Source: Bdellovibrionales bacterium
Lineage (GTDB): Bacteria; Bdellovibrionota; Bdellovibrionia; Bdellovibrionales; UBA1609
Direction of reading: 5' to 3'
Assembly (NCBI GenBank): GCA_050246815.1
Contig: JBFWVI010000009.1
Span: forward strand, 8,976 to 72,975
Length of the DNA: 64,000 nucleotides
Shown here in pieces: positions 13,605 to 21,422 of this stretch. The number at the start of each line of letters is the position of its first letter. Positions within the stretch are counted from its first letter, which is position 1. The notes beneath the pieces were generated by a model. The model had not been told where the DNA came from. It saw only the letters and a list, made by a program, of their open reading frames with translations, and did no database searches. Both the position numbers and the translations under genes were made by a program.

Positions 13605-15347
13605 GTGGGATGGCTTAAACGTCAGCTTTTGTTCAAAATCTTTTCCTCGGTCAAATTCGCCGTCCCGTTGCTGTTGGTCATCGCGGCGGTGATCGCGGCC
13701 GGGACCTTGGTTGAGAGTCGATACAACGCCAGCTATGCACAAATGCGAGTCTATGAAACCTGGTGGTTTCGCGCTCTGATGGGCTGTTTGGGGCTTTCTG
13801 TTTTCACGGCGGCATTGTCACGCTGGCCATGGCAAAAGCGCCACGTGGGTTTTTTAGTCACGCATCTAGGTATTTTGATGATGCTGGCGGGAGGCGTGGT
13901 CACAAAACTTTGGGGCATTGATGGTCAGTTGCAGATACCCGAAGGAAAGTCGGGGCAGCAGGTGTTTATTTCGGAGCGTGTCTTTGAGTACTCAGGACCA
14001 AGAGATTTTAAGAAAATTCTCATCCCCACAAGCGCGAGTGCGTGGCGTGAAGGGTGGTTGAGCCCGGTCAGGCAGGAGCCGGATTCACCTGCGCAAGTCG
14101 TGGGATTTGAGCCTTTTGTACGACCTCGTGCTCAAAGCGGCCCCCGGGGAGCAGGGGGGAAGTTCATTGCGTTTCGCCTGCAAAGCCAGTTTTTTGATCA
14201 GGAGGAATGGCTGGACTCCGTTGAGCGACCACAAATTCAAATGGGGCCGGCGCTGATTCGCTTTGGTATGCAAGAAAAGATGCTCGTGCCAAAGCAGGAG
14301 CCGCTGCATAAAAAAGACTTTGTGGGACTGTTTATTCGAGACGCCGATGGCGAAGCCGTTGCCAAACGTCTAGACATTGGTCTTGGGCAGCGCGAAGCCC
14401 GCATCGGGGCTGTGAAAATTCAGGTGAAGCAAGTTCTGAAGCGTGCCACTGTGGCGGACAACAAGATCGCGGAGGGCGATAGCGGCCCGCTTAACCCAGC
14501 ACTGGAGATTGAGATCTTAGCGAATGGAAAAACATATCGCGATGTGATTTTCTCGCGCTTCCCAAGCTTTTCCCTTCTGAAAGAAAATCCAACTCGCTTT
14601 CGCTTCGAATACGTGGCTGGAGGTTCGGGAGAATCGCTACAAAATGAGGATGCCGCGCGCAATTTAATTGAATTTATTCCTTCGCCTGAGCAATCGGACA
14701 AAGCCATTTTGAGGTTGTCCAAGCAAGGCAAAGTCATTTTAGAGAAAGAAGTAAAAGTCGGAGAGCCAACCGATACTCCATGGATGGGTATGAAAGTGAC
14801 TTTAGTTTCCTTAACTGCGCCTGAAACCAATACAGCGCAGGCGGAGAAAATTGAGACTATTCGCCCCACGCCTAAACAGCCCAATTTGCCGCCGAGTGCA
14901 ATTTTAGTTCGTGTGGCAGGCGAGCAACCTCCTTTTTGGCTGGTGGAGGGCGATATCAAGGATGTTCAGGTTCGAGGAGAGCGTTACCAGTTCTATTATG
15001 GGCTTAATTCCATTCGCTTGCCGTTTGCGCTTGAGCTCTTAAAATTTACAAAAGTTGACTATCCGGGAACTGAGACTGCGATGTCGTTTGCGAGTGACGT
15101 TCGCGTCGTAACAGACCAAAGTCGACATACAATTTCGATGAATGAACCATTGAAACGAGATGGTTACACTCTTTATCAGAGCAGTTATGATCTACAACCG
15201 GGACGCCCTGCGCTTTCGATCTTTTCTGTGAATCGGGACCCTGGGCGTTGGATCAAATACATGGGCGGATTGGTTTTAGCATTTGGGATTGTCACGCTGA
15301 CCATAACGAGAAGCCGGATGGCGCGGCGGAGCGGGAAACAAGTATGA
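13605..15347 (+). CDS. resB: Cytochrome c biogenesis protein ResB/CcsB-like (System II)
   Basis: N-terminal TMs with GTLVES..Y..WWF and GF.VTH.G; C-terminal LPF.L.L.KF...YPGT...F.S.V, ISMNEPL...GY..YQSSY, VNRDPG. Confidence 0.85.
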   Translation: MGWLKRQLLFKIFSSVKFAVPLLLVIAAVIAAGTLVESRYNASYAQMRVYETWWFRALMGCLGLSVFTAALSRWPWQKRHVGFLVTHLGILMMLAGGVVTKLWGIDGQLQIPEGKSGQQVFISERVFEYSGPRDFKKILIPTSASAWREGWLSPVRQEPDSPAQVVGFEPFVRPRAQSGPRGAGGKFIAFRLQSQFFDQEEWLDSVERPQIQMGPALIRFGMQEKMLVPKQEPLHKKDFVGLFIRDADGEAVAKRLDIGLGQREARIGAVKIQVKQVLKRATVADNKIAEGDSGPLNPALEIEILANGKTYRDVIFSRFPSFSLLKENPTRFRFEYVAGGSGESLQNEDAARNLIEFIPSPEQSDKAILRLSKQGKVILEKEVKVGEPTDTPWMGMKVTLVSLTAPETNTAQAEKIETIRPTPKQPNLPPSAILVRVAGEQPPFWLVEGDIKDVQVRGERYQFYYGLNSIRLPFALELLKFTKVDYPGTETAMSFASDVRVVTDQSRHTISMNEPLKRDGYTLYQSSYDLQPGRPALSIFSVNRDPGRWIKYMGGLVLAFGIVTLTITRSRMARRSGKQV

Positions 15348-16987
15348 AAAGAAACTGGCTCGTCTTGATATGTATGCTGTGCATTCCCTCATCGGTCATG
15401 GCCCTGACAGATCCGCATGAGGCATTTTTAAGTCATGGCCGACAGATTCGAAGCCAGCTTTTTGAAACTTTGCCTGTACATGATCGTGGACGTATTAAGC
15501 CGGCACATACTTTTATGCGCGAGGCGATTTTATTTGTAACGGGAGGTTATAACTTCAGCGGGCTGGATGCCGTACAAACTTATCTGAGTCTTATCGGCTT
15601 TTCTGAAATTGAGCGGCTCAAAGTATTGAACGTCAGGCATGTGCCTGTGCGCAAAGCCTTGGGTTTGAACGCGTCAGCGAGATTTTTTTCAACGGCGGAT
15701 ATCGAAAGCAGTAAGTTATTGGAATTTGCTCAGCCGTTGTTGGAAAAGGAAGAGAAAAATTCGCGAGCGCTTGAGCCCCACGAAAAAAACCTGCTTGAAA
15801 TCTACAACCAGTATTGGCTGTTAAAAAATATTCATTCAGGCCAACACTTGCTGCGGGCCGTGGATGCAAATGAGGTGGGACATGCGGCTGAATTCCACCA
15901 AGAGCCGACCGGCGAAGCGGTGCAAAAAGTTAGAGATTGGTTACAGGCGACTATCGATGGGAATTGGAACTTAGTTTCGGAGTTGCGTTCACTTACATTC
16001 GAAGCTGTACGCCAACAACATTGGCCCGAGCTTTTTGCCAAGCAATTTGAGCACCTAGAAAGAGAAGTTCAGTACAACAAAATTCGCCCATTTTTAATCG
16101 CAGGCCTGCTTTTTTTAATTCTTGGCGCGAGCTTGGCGTTTAAGGACCATGTGCCGTTTCTATCGAAGGTTAACTTTGGTTATTTACTTGTGCTGCCTTT
16201 TTTTCCGCTGGCCTATGGCCTTTATCTAAGAGTGATCATCACCGGGTTTGCGCCTGTGACCAATATGTACGGAACCATGATCTGGGTTTCGTTTGGTATA
16301 GGGCTGTTCAGTCTAGTTTTATGGTATCTGTATCAAAAGCACCGTTTTGTCGGCGGCCTTTGGATCGCCGCCGCGGCAACACTTTTTTTAACTGAGAGTA
16401 TTCCGCTGGTTCTAAGCCCGGATCTTGACCCAATTGTCGCTGTTTTACGGTCGAATCTGTGGCTGACCATCCATGTGCTCACGATTGTCATTTCTTATGC
16501 GGCCTTTGCTATTGCGATGATCCTTGGCAATATCGTTTTGATTCGTACTTTGCGTCGGCCTGTCTATGATGATCCTGCCATTCGCGATGCCGCCAAATCT
16601 TGCTACAGAATGATCCAGCTTGGCGTTTTTTTACTTTCCGGAGGCATTATTTTAGGAGGTGTCTGGGCGGATTACTCTTGGGGGCGTTTTTGGGGGTGGG
16701 ATCCGAAAGAAACATGGGCCTTAATCGCAGATCTTGGCTTTTTGGCCATTCTACATGCGAAATACGTCGGATGGCTGGGGGCCTATGGTCTGTTGGCGGC
16801 CTCGACTGTTGCATTTTTGCTTGTGATCATGGCCTGGTACGGCGTCAATTTTATACTTGCGGCGGGCCTGCACTCTTATGGCTTTTCGAGCGGCGGAGCG
16901 ACAATGGTATTGGTTTTCGTGATCATGCAATTGGGGTTGTTGGCCGCCTCTCTTATGCGTTATTCGCGGAGTAAAGTGGTAAGGTGA
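15344..16987 (+). CDS. ccsA: Cytochrome c biogenesis protein CcsA/ResC (System II heme lyase)
   Basis: WWD motif WADYSWGRFWGWDPKETW, WLTIHV, GLHSYG; start placed at ATG 15344, which overlaps the resB stop. Confidence 0.93.
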   Translation: MKRNWLVLICMLCIPSSVMALTDPHEAFLSHGRQIRSQLFETLPVHDRGRIKPAHTFMREAILFVTGGYNFSGLDAVQTYLSLIGFSEIERLKVLNVRHVPVRKALGLNASARFFSTADIESSKLLEFAQPLLEKEEKNSRALEPHEKNLLEIYNQYWLLKNIHSGQHLLRAVDANEVGHAAEFHQEPTGEAVQKVRDWLQATIDGNWNLVSELRSLTFEAVRQQHWPELFAKQFEHLEREVQYNKIRPFLIAGLLFLILGASLAFKDHVPFLSKVNFGYLLVLPFFPLAYGLYLRVIITGFAPVTNMYGTMIWVSFGIGLFSLVLWYLYQKHRFVGGLWIAAAATLFLTESIPLVLSPDLDPIVAVLRSNLWLTIHVLTIVISYAAFAIAMILGNIVLIRTLRRPVYDDPAIRDAAKSCYRMIQLGVFLLSGGIILGGVWADYSWGRFWGWDPKETWALIADLGFLAILHAKYVGWLGAYGLLAASTVAFLLVIMAWYGVNFILAAGLHSYGFSSGGATMVLVFVIMQLGLLAASLMRYSRSKVVR

Positions 16988-16991
16988 ACAT

Positions 16992-18335
16992 ATGAAATGG
17001 CTGGTGATGTTGTTAGACCATCTTTGGATCTGGGGTTTACTTATTTTTGGTGGACTGGCCTATTACGGTGTCGCAAAAAAAAATCGGCAAGAAAATCAGG
17101 CAAAAAAAATTTTGCAAAAAGCTGTGGCGACCGGGCTTGATGAGCCGTTGAGTCTGCACCCAGAGGTCGACCCGGCGAAATGCGCGGGTTGTGGCGCCTG
17201 CACGAAGGTTTGCCCCGAAGGTGACATTCTTAAAATGATCAACAGCAAGGCTGTTTTGGTTTCACCAACGAAGTGTGTGGGCCACGGCGAATGCGAGCGC
17301 GCCTGCCCCTTTGGCGCCATTGACTTGGTATTTGGCACTAAAAAACGTGGTGTCGATATTCCACGCCTTTCTAAGAACTATGAAACAAATGTACCTGGAC
17401 TGTATATTGCGGGTGAGTTGGGCGGCATGGGGCTGATCCGCAATGCGATCAAACAAGGCCATCAGGCTGCAGATCATGCCTTGAGCAATTTAAATCCCAG
17501 CGTGAAATCCGACACGGATGTGCTTGTCGTTGGGGCTGGTCCCGCCGGATTGGCGGTATGCCTGACGGCGATCGTGCATAAAAAGCGTTATCTATGTATT
17601 GAGCAGAATACGGCCGGTGGTACGGTTTATAATTTTCCTCGGCAAAAAGTTGTGATGACCCATCCAGCGGATCTGCCGGGTGTAGGGAAAATGAAGTTTC
17701 CGCGTAATGTGGTTTCAAAAGAGGAGCTGTTGCACTATTGGAATCAAGTGCGGCAAAAGGTCGGAATTAAGATTAGAGAAAATGAAAAATTTGAGGGACT
17801 TGAAAAGGTCGGAGATCATTTCAAAGTCAAGACCTCAAAGGCGGAGTACATGGCCCAAAAGGTTGTCTTGGCTATGGGTGTGCGAGGCTCGCCTAGGCGC
17901 TTGGGCTTGCCAAATGAAGACACGACAGGTGTGGCTTATAACTTGATTGATCCGGCACAATATACGAACAAAAAAATCGCGGTGGTGGGCGGCGGTAATG
18001 CCGGTGTGGAAGCTGCGCAGATGCTGGCTAACCCTAAATATAAAAATCAGGTGACTTTGTTGGTGCGTGGTCCTGCATTTGATCGTTGCAATGAGGACAA
18101 TAAGCGAATTATTGAGGATATGGCCCAAAAAAAAATGGTCCAAATTTGGTATGAAGCCCAAGTGAAGGAAATTAAAAAAGACCAGCTGAATATTGAGCGT
18201 GCGGGGCAATTGCTGGACATCGAGAATGATCAGCTTTTTGTATTCGCAGGCGCCGAGATGCCGTTTAAGTTTTTGATGAGCTTAGGAGTCGAAATTAATA
18301 AAGCTTTTGGTCAGAAATTGAAGTCGGGTGGATAA
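16992..18335 (+). CDS. Membrane-anchored 2x[4Fe-4S] ferredoxin fused to an FAD/NAD(P)H TrxR-fold oxidoreductase
   Basis: N-terminal TM; CAGCGACTKVCP and CVGHGECERACP; VLVVGAGPAG (FAD); IAVVGGGNAG...VTLLVR (NADPH-type). Confidence 0.88.
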   Translation: MKWLVMLLDHLWIWGLLIFGGLAYYGVAKKNRQENQAKKILQKAVATGLDEPLSLHPEVDPAKCAGCGACTKVCPEGDILKMINSKAVLVSPTKCVGHGECERACPFGAIDLVFGTKKRGVDIPRLSKNYETNVPGLYIAGELGGMGLIRNAIKQGHQAADHALSNLNPSVKSDTDVLVVGAGPAGLAVCLTAIVHKKRYLCIEQNTAGGTVYNFPRQKVVMTHPADLPGVGKMKFPRNVVSKEELLHYWNQVRQKVGIKIRENEKFEGLEKVGDHFKVKTSKAEYMAQKVVLAMGVRGSPRRLGLPNEDTTGVAYNLIDPAQYTNKKIAVVGGGNAGVEAAQMLANPKYKNQVTLLVRGPAFDRCNEDNKRIIEDMAQKKMVQIWYEAQVKEIKKDQLNIERAGQLLDIENDQLFVFAGAEMPFKFLMSLGVEINKAFGQKLKSGG

Positions 18336-19205
18336 ATGATCGCGTGGTTCGGCCGACAATTGATTTTGCTTTGGTTTTTTATCGCGCTGATCCTGTGTTG
18401 GGAGTACTTAGCCTTGAACTACAGTCCTGGCTTAAGTCTATTGTTGTTTGCAAAAATAAAGTGGCCCTATTGGGCAGAAGTCGATTTTTCGACAAAACCT
18501 GGAAAGCCGATCAGCTATGCATTGGGTTGGATCGGTTTTGGGTTTATGGTCTCTACAAACTTTTATATTTTGCGTAAGCGTTTGGGCATTATGCAAAAGT
18601 GGGGCAACCCATCGGTCTGGCTGGATTATCATATTTTTTGTGGTTTGATCGGCCCCACTCTTATTATTTTTCATACTGACTTTAAAGTTCGTGGCTTGGT
18701 CGCAATTAGTTTTTGGTCCATGATGATCGTTGCGGGCAGCGGTATTTTAGGACGATATCTGTATATGAAGGTCTTGATTGGCGCAGCCGAATTGAGGGGG
18801 CAGATTCAAGAGTGGGATAAAAAAATTTCGACCTTAATCACATCCAGCAAAAAAAATGTGACCGAAGCTGAGATCGCGGGCTTAAAAGGGATGGCACTGC
18901 AATACGCGGGGGCCACGCCGCTGACGGAAGAGGTCGTGGGGTTGAGTGGATTATTTAAAATCGTTTGGTTTTCTGTTGTTGGCGATATCAAAATATTTTT
19001 TTCGCATGCGGGGATTGGACGCCATCTTCATCCGTTGGCACCTATTGTACTTTTAAATTACGCCACCACGGTCCGGCGCGAACTCACGCTTGAACCCTTT
19101 CGCCGTCTTTTGGGCTACTGGCATGCGTTTCATGTGCCCTTTACGTTCGCGATGTACATCACGGCTATCATCCACATCGTGGTCGTCTCGCTGCTGCGGG
19201 TCTAA
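18336..19205 (+). CDS. Inner-membrane protein with possible heme-b His ligands (ferric-reductase-like TM domain)
   Basis: About 5-6 TM helices; WLDYHIFCG, IIFH, WHAFHVPF, IIHI; starts directly after the stop of the flavo-FeS gene. Confidence 0.7.
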   Translation: MIAWFGRQLILLWFFIALILCWEYLALNYSPGLSLLLFAKIKWPYWAEVDFSTKPGKPISYALGWIGFGFMVSTNFYILRKRLGIMQKWGNPSVWLDYHIFCGLIGPTLIIFHTDFKVRGLVAISFWSMMIVAGSGILGRYLYMKVLIGAAELRGQIQEWDKKISTLITSSKKNVTEAEIAGLKGMALQYAGATPLTEEVVGLSGLFKIVWFSVVGDIKIFFSHAGIGRHLHPLAPIVLLNYATTVRRELTLEPFRRLLGYWHAFHVPFTFAMYITAIIHIVVVSLLRV

Positions 19206-19213
19206 TGTCGCTT

Positions 19214-20515
19214 TTACTGCGGAACGACCCGCCAAATGGATCCTGAGTCGGTGGCCACGTACAAATTGCCGTCGGGACCCTGGACCAAAGAGCGAATGCG
19301 CTGCGCGGGTAAACCCACTTGAGTAACGCTGGCCACGCTATTGTTGGCATTGAGGCGCAGGCGATCTAGTCGTGTGGCAGCCATGACCCCTACCAAAAGA
19401 CTGCCTTCCCACGCTTTCCACTGTGTGCCGTATAAAAACACGCTGGGGCCCATACCTTGGGATTGGCCGTTGTTGGTGTACACCGGCATCATGGCGTTCA
19501 CGAACTTGCCAGTGTCGGTCATTGGAGTCAGGGCGCCGTTGGTTTTGTTGGAAACATAACCACAGTAGTTGTCGTTGCAGGTGACTCCGGCTTCGGGTCT
19601 TGGGTCCCAGCCTGAGTTGCCGCCAGCCGCGAGGGGTGTGACTTCATCGGTGTGGCCGGGGCCGTGCTCAGAGGAAAATGGTTGATTGGAACCAGGGCGA
19701 AAGGCGATCCCTTGAACATTTCGATGACCAAAAGTAAAAATGCGCGGATCGGCCCCGGCGGGAGCGTTGTTGCCAGGAGCGGCGGTGCCGTTACCGGTCA
19801 CGCGTAAAACTTTGCCCCCCAAGCGGGTCAGATCTTGTGGCAGCGGACCGTTGTGATTGTCGCCCGTGGTGACATACAAATAGCCGTCAGGTCCGAAGCG
19901 CAAACGTCCGCCGCTGTGAGCGCCCGCCCCACCCCAGCTGTTGCCTGCGTTTTTATAAGCAATGTCGGTGATGATGTCCGTGCGGTTGGCGACCATTGTG
20001 TAGCCGGCATCTACCGTCAGGCGAATCACGCGATTGGTGCGGGGGTTGGTGGACAGATTTGAGGCCATATAAACATAGATCGTACGGTTTGTGGCGAAGT
20101 TGGGGTCCACCGCCACGCCGAGCATGCCGCTTTGGCCCTCACAGAACATATCAGCAGCCACAAGGGCCGAGCCCGCAGAGCCAAACAAGCGCGTCACTGA
20201 ACCATCCGCACGGCGAACTGAAAGGCCGTTGCAACGTTCGGTGAACAGCATGGCATTGTCGGGAGTGAAGGCCAAATCCCAAGGATTGCTCAAGCCTGTC
20301 ATGAAATCCGTGCGCTGCAAAGTGGGCTCGACATTGCTTGAGGGCTCAAGAGGTGTGCCGCTGCCAGGGGGGGGAGGGGTGCCACCACCGGGACCGCCAC
20401 TGCTGCCTTGATTGTTAGCTTGTTGCGAGTCAAAGCCACCGGTGCAGTTTTGAGCAATGACAATGGAGCTAGCCAAAATGGCCAGTAACCCCAGCATTTT
20501 CACCCGACGACGCAT
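19214..20515 (-). CDS. PQQ-dependent glucose/sorbosone dehydrogenase-family lipoprotein
   Basis: GLSNPWDLAFTPD, HSGGRLRFGPDGYLYVTTGD, GKVLR, FGHRNVQGIAF, EHGP..DEV; AQNC signal; SD AGGGGGA favours ATG 20515. Confidence 0.9.
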   Translation of the reverse strand: MRRRVKMLGLLAILASSIVIAQNCTGGFDSQQANNQGSSGGPGGGTPPPPGSGTPLEPSSNVEPTLQRTDFMTGLSNPWDLAFTPDNAMLFTERCNGLSVRRADGSVTRLFGSAGSALVAADMFCEGQSGMLGVAVDPNFATNRTIYVYMASNLSTNPRTNRVIRLTVDAGYTMVANRTDIITDIAYKNAGNSWGGAGAHSGGRLRFGPDGYLYVTTGDNHNGPLPQDLTRLGGKVLRVTGNGTAAPGNNAPAGADPRIFTFGHRNVQGIAFRPGSNQPFSSEHGPGHTDEVTPLAAGGNSGWDPRPEAGVTCNDNYCGYVSNKTNGALTPMTDTGKFVNAMMPVYTNNGQSQGMGPSVFLYGTQWKAWEGSLLVGVMAATRLDRLRLNANNSVASVTQVGLPAQRIRSLVQGPDGNLYVATDSGSIWRVVPQ

Positions 20516-20664
20516 AATATTCCCCCTGATTGCGGTTTGATCTAAACCTGGTCTCATTGGGATCTATTGTGAGATTGTTGGGGCGGGTTTGTCCAGAGCA
20601 AGATGGGCATAGGCAGAATACGGTTTAGTTTAACGCGATTGTGTGTAGGTTTGCCGACAATTTG

Positions 20665-20691
20665 AAAAGGGAGCGCAAGCAGCTCCCCTTT
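20665..20691 (-). terminator. Rho-independent terminator after the 20699-21298 gene
   Basis: Minus strand GGGAGC-TGCTTGC-GCTCCC-TTTT just past the stop. Confidence 0.7.
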
Positions 20692-20698
20692 CGATCAT

Positions 20699-21298
20699 TT
20701 ATTTTTGAATCGAGCAGACTTGTTTGGTTTGCAGGATGGTCATAACGCCATCTGGCACTTCGAAAGTTTCTGGTTCGTTGTTGAAGTAGCTTTCGTAGCT
20801 GAAGCCGTCAGGGCCCTCGATCGCGAATTCGGTACCCGAGATCGGCAGGCTTTGGCCATCTTGCATTGCGCTGACGAGTGTTTTGGTGCCGTCGAGTTCA
20901 CGTTGGTAAACATTTTCTGTACGACTGGTTCGGGTTTTGCTTTCGCTGCCGTTGAAAGTTGTGGTGGTGGTGATGTCTGAAATTTCTTTGAATTGGCCGC
21001 CGTTCAATTCTTGCGAGGTGGTGGTGCGGACCGCGCTGTAGGCGTAAACCACTTGTCCGTTCTGATCTAACTGTTCGCCGGTGGTGCGGTATTCCGCCGC
21101 ATGAGCTTGCAATGTTTTGGTGCGAGTGGCGCGAAGCATACTTTTTACGACTTCGATCGGATGTTGTTCCCCTTTGTCTGCTGTGAACTGTTGATAGCTG
21201 GTGCTTATGCAGCTAATTTTTTCGGTCGTGGTCAGAGACGCGTGAGCAGCGGCGCCGGTGAAGCTTAGGGCAAGTGCGAGCCCAATCGTTAATTTCAT
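20699..21298 (-). CDS. Hypothetical secreted protein, beta-rich, two Cys
   Basis: SD GAGGGG then MKLTIGLALALSFTGAAAHA signal peptide; Thr/Ser-rich strands; no family recognised. Confidence 0.75.
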   Translation of the reverse strand: MKLTIGLALALSFTGAAAHASLTTTEKISCISTSYQQFTADKGEQHPIEVVKSMLRATRTKTLQAHAAEYRTTGEQLDQNGQVVYAYSAVRTTTSQELNGGQFKEISDITTTTTFNGSESKTRTSRTENVYQRELDGTKTLVSAMQDGQSLPISGTEFAIEGPDGFSYESYFNNEPETFEVPDGVMTILQTKQVCSIQK

Positions 21299-21422
21299 CG
21301 AGTTCCCCCTCGTCGAATGTTGTGAGCGGCAGATTAAGGGGGGCATCTGCGCGAGTCCAGATTCGCGTAAAGAGTGAAACCTTTACAGAACTCAATTGAG
21401 GACAAAGCGGCGGATTTTGCCG

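Noticed and set aside
15248..15343. N-terminal extension of ccsA in the ORF track
   Set aside because: It overlaps the resB 3' end; the ATGA overlap at 15344 followed by a hydrophobic signal is more plausible
20631..20660. GCCGACAA resembling a sigma-28 -10 box
   Set aside because: The TAAC is 18 nt away rather than 15, and it points antisense into a terminator with no plus-strand gene downstream
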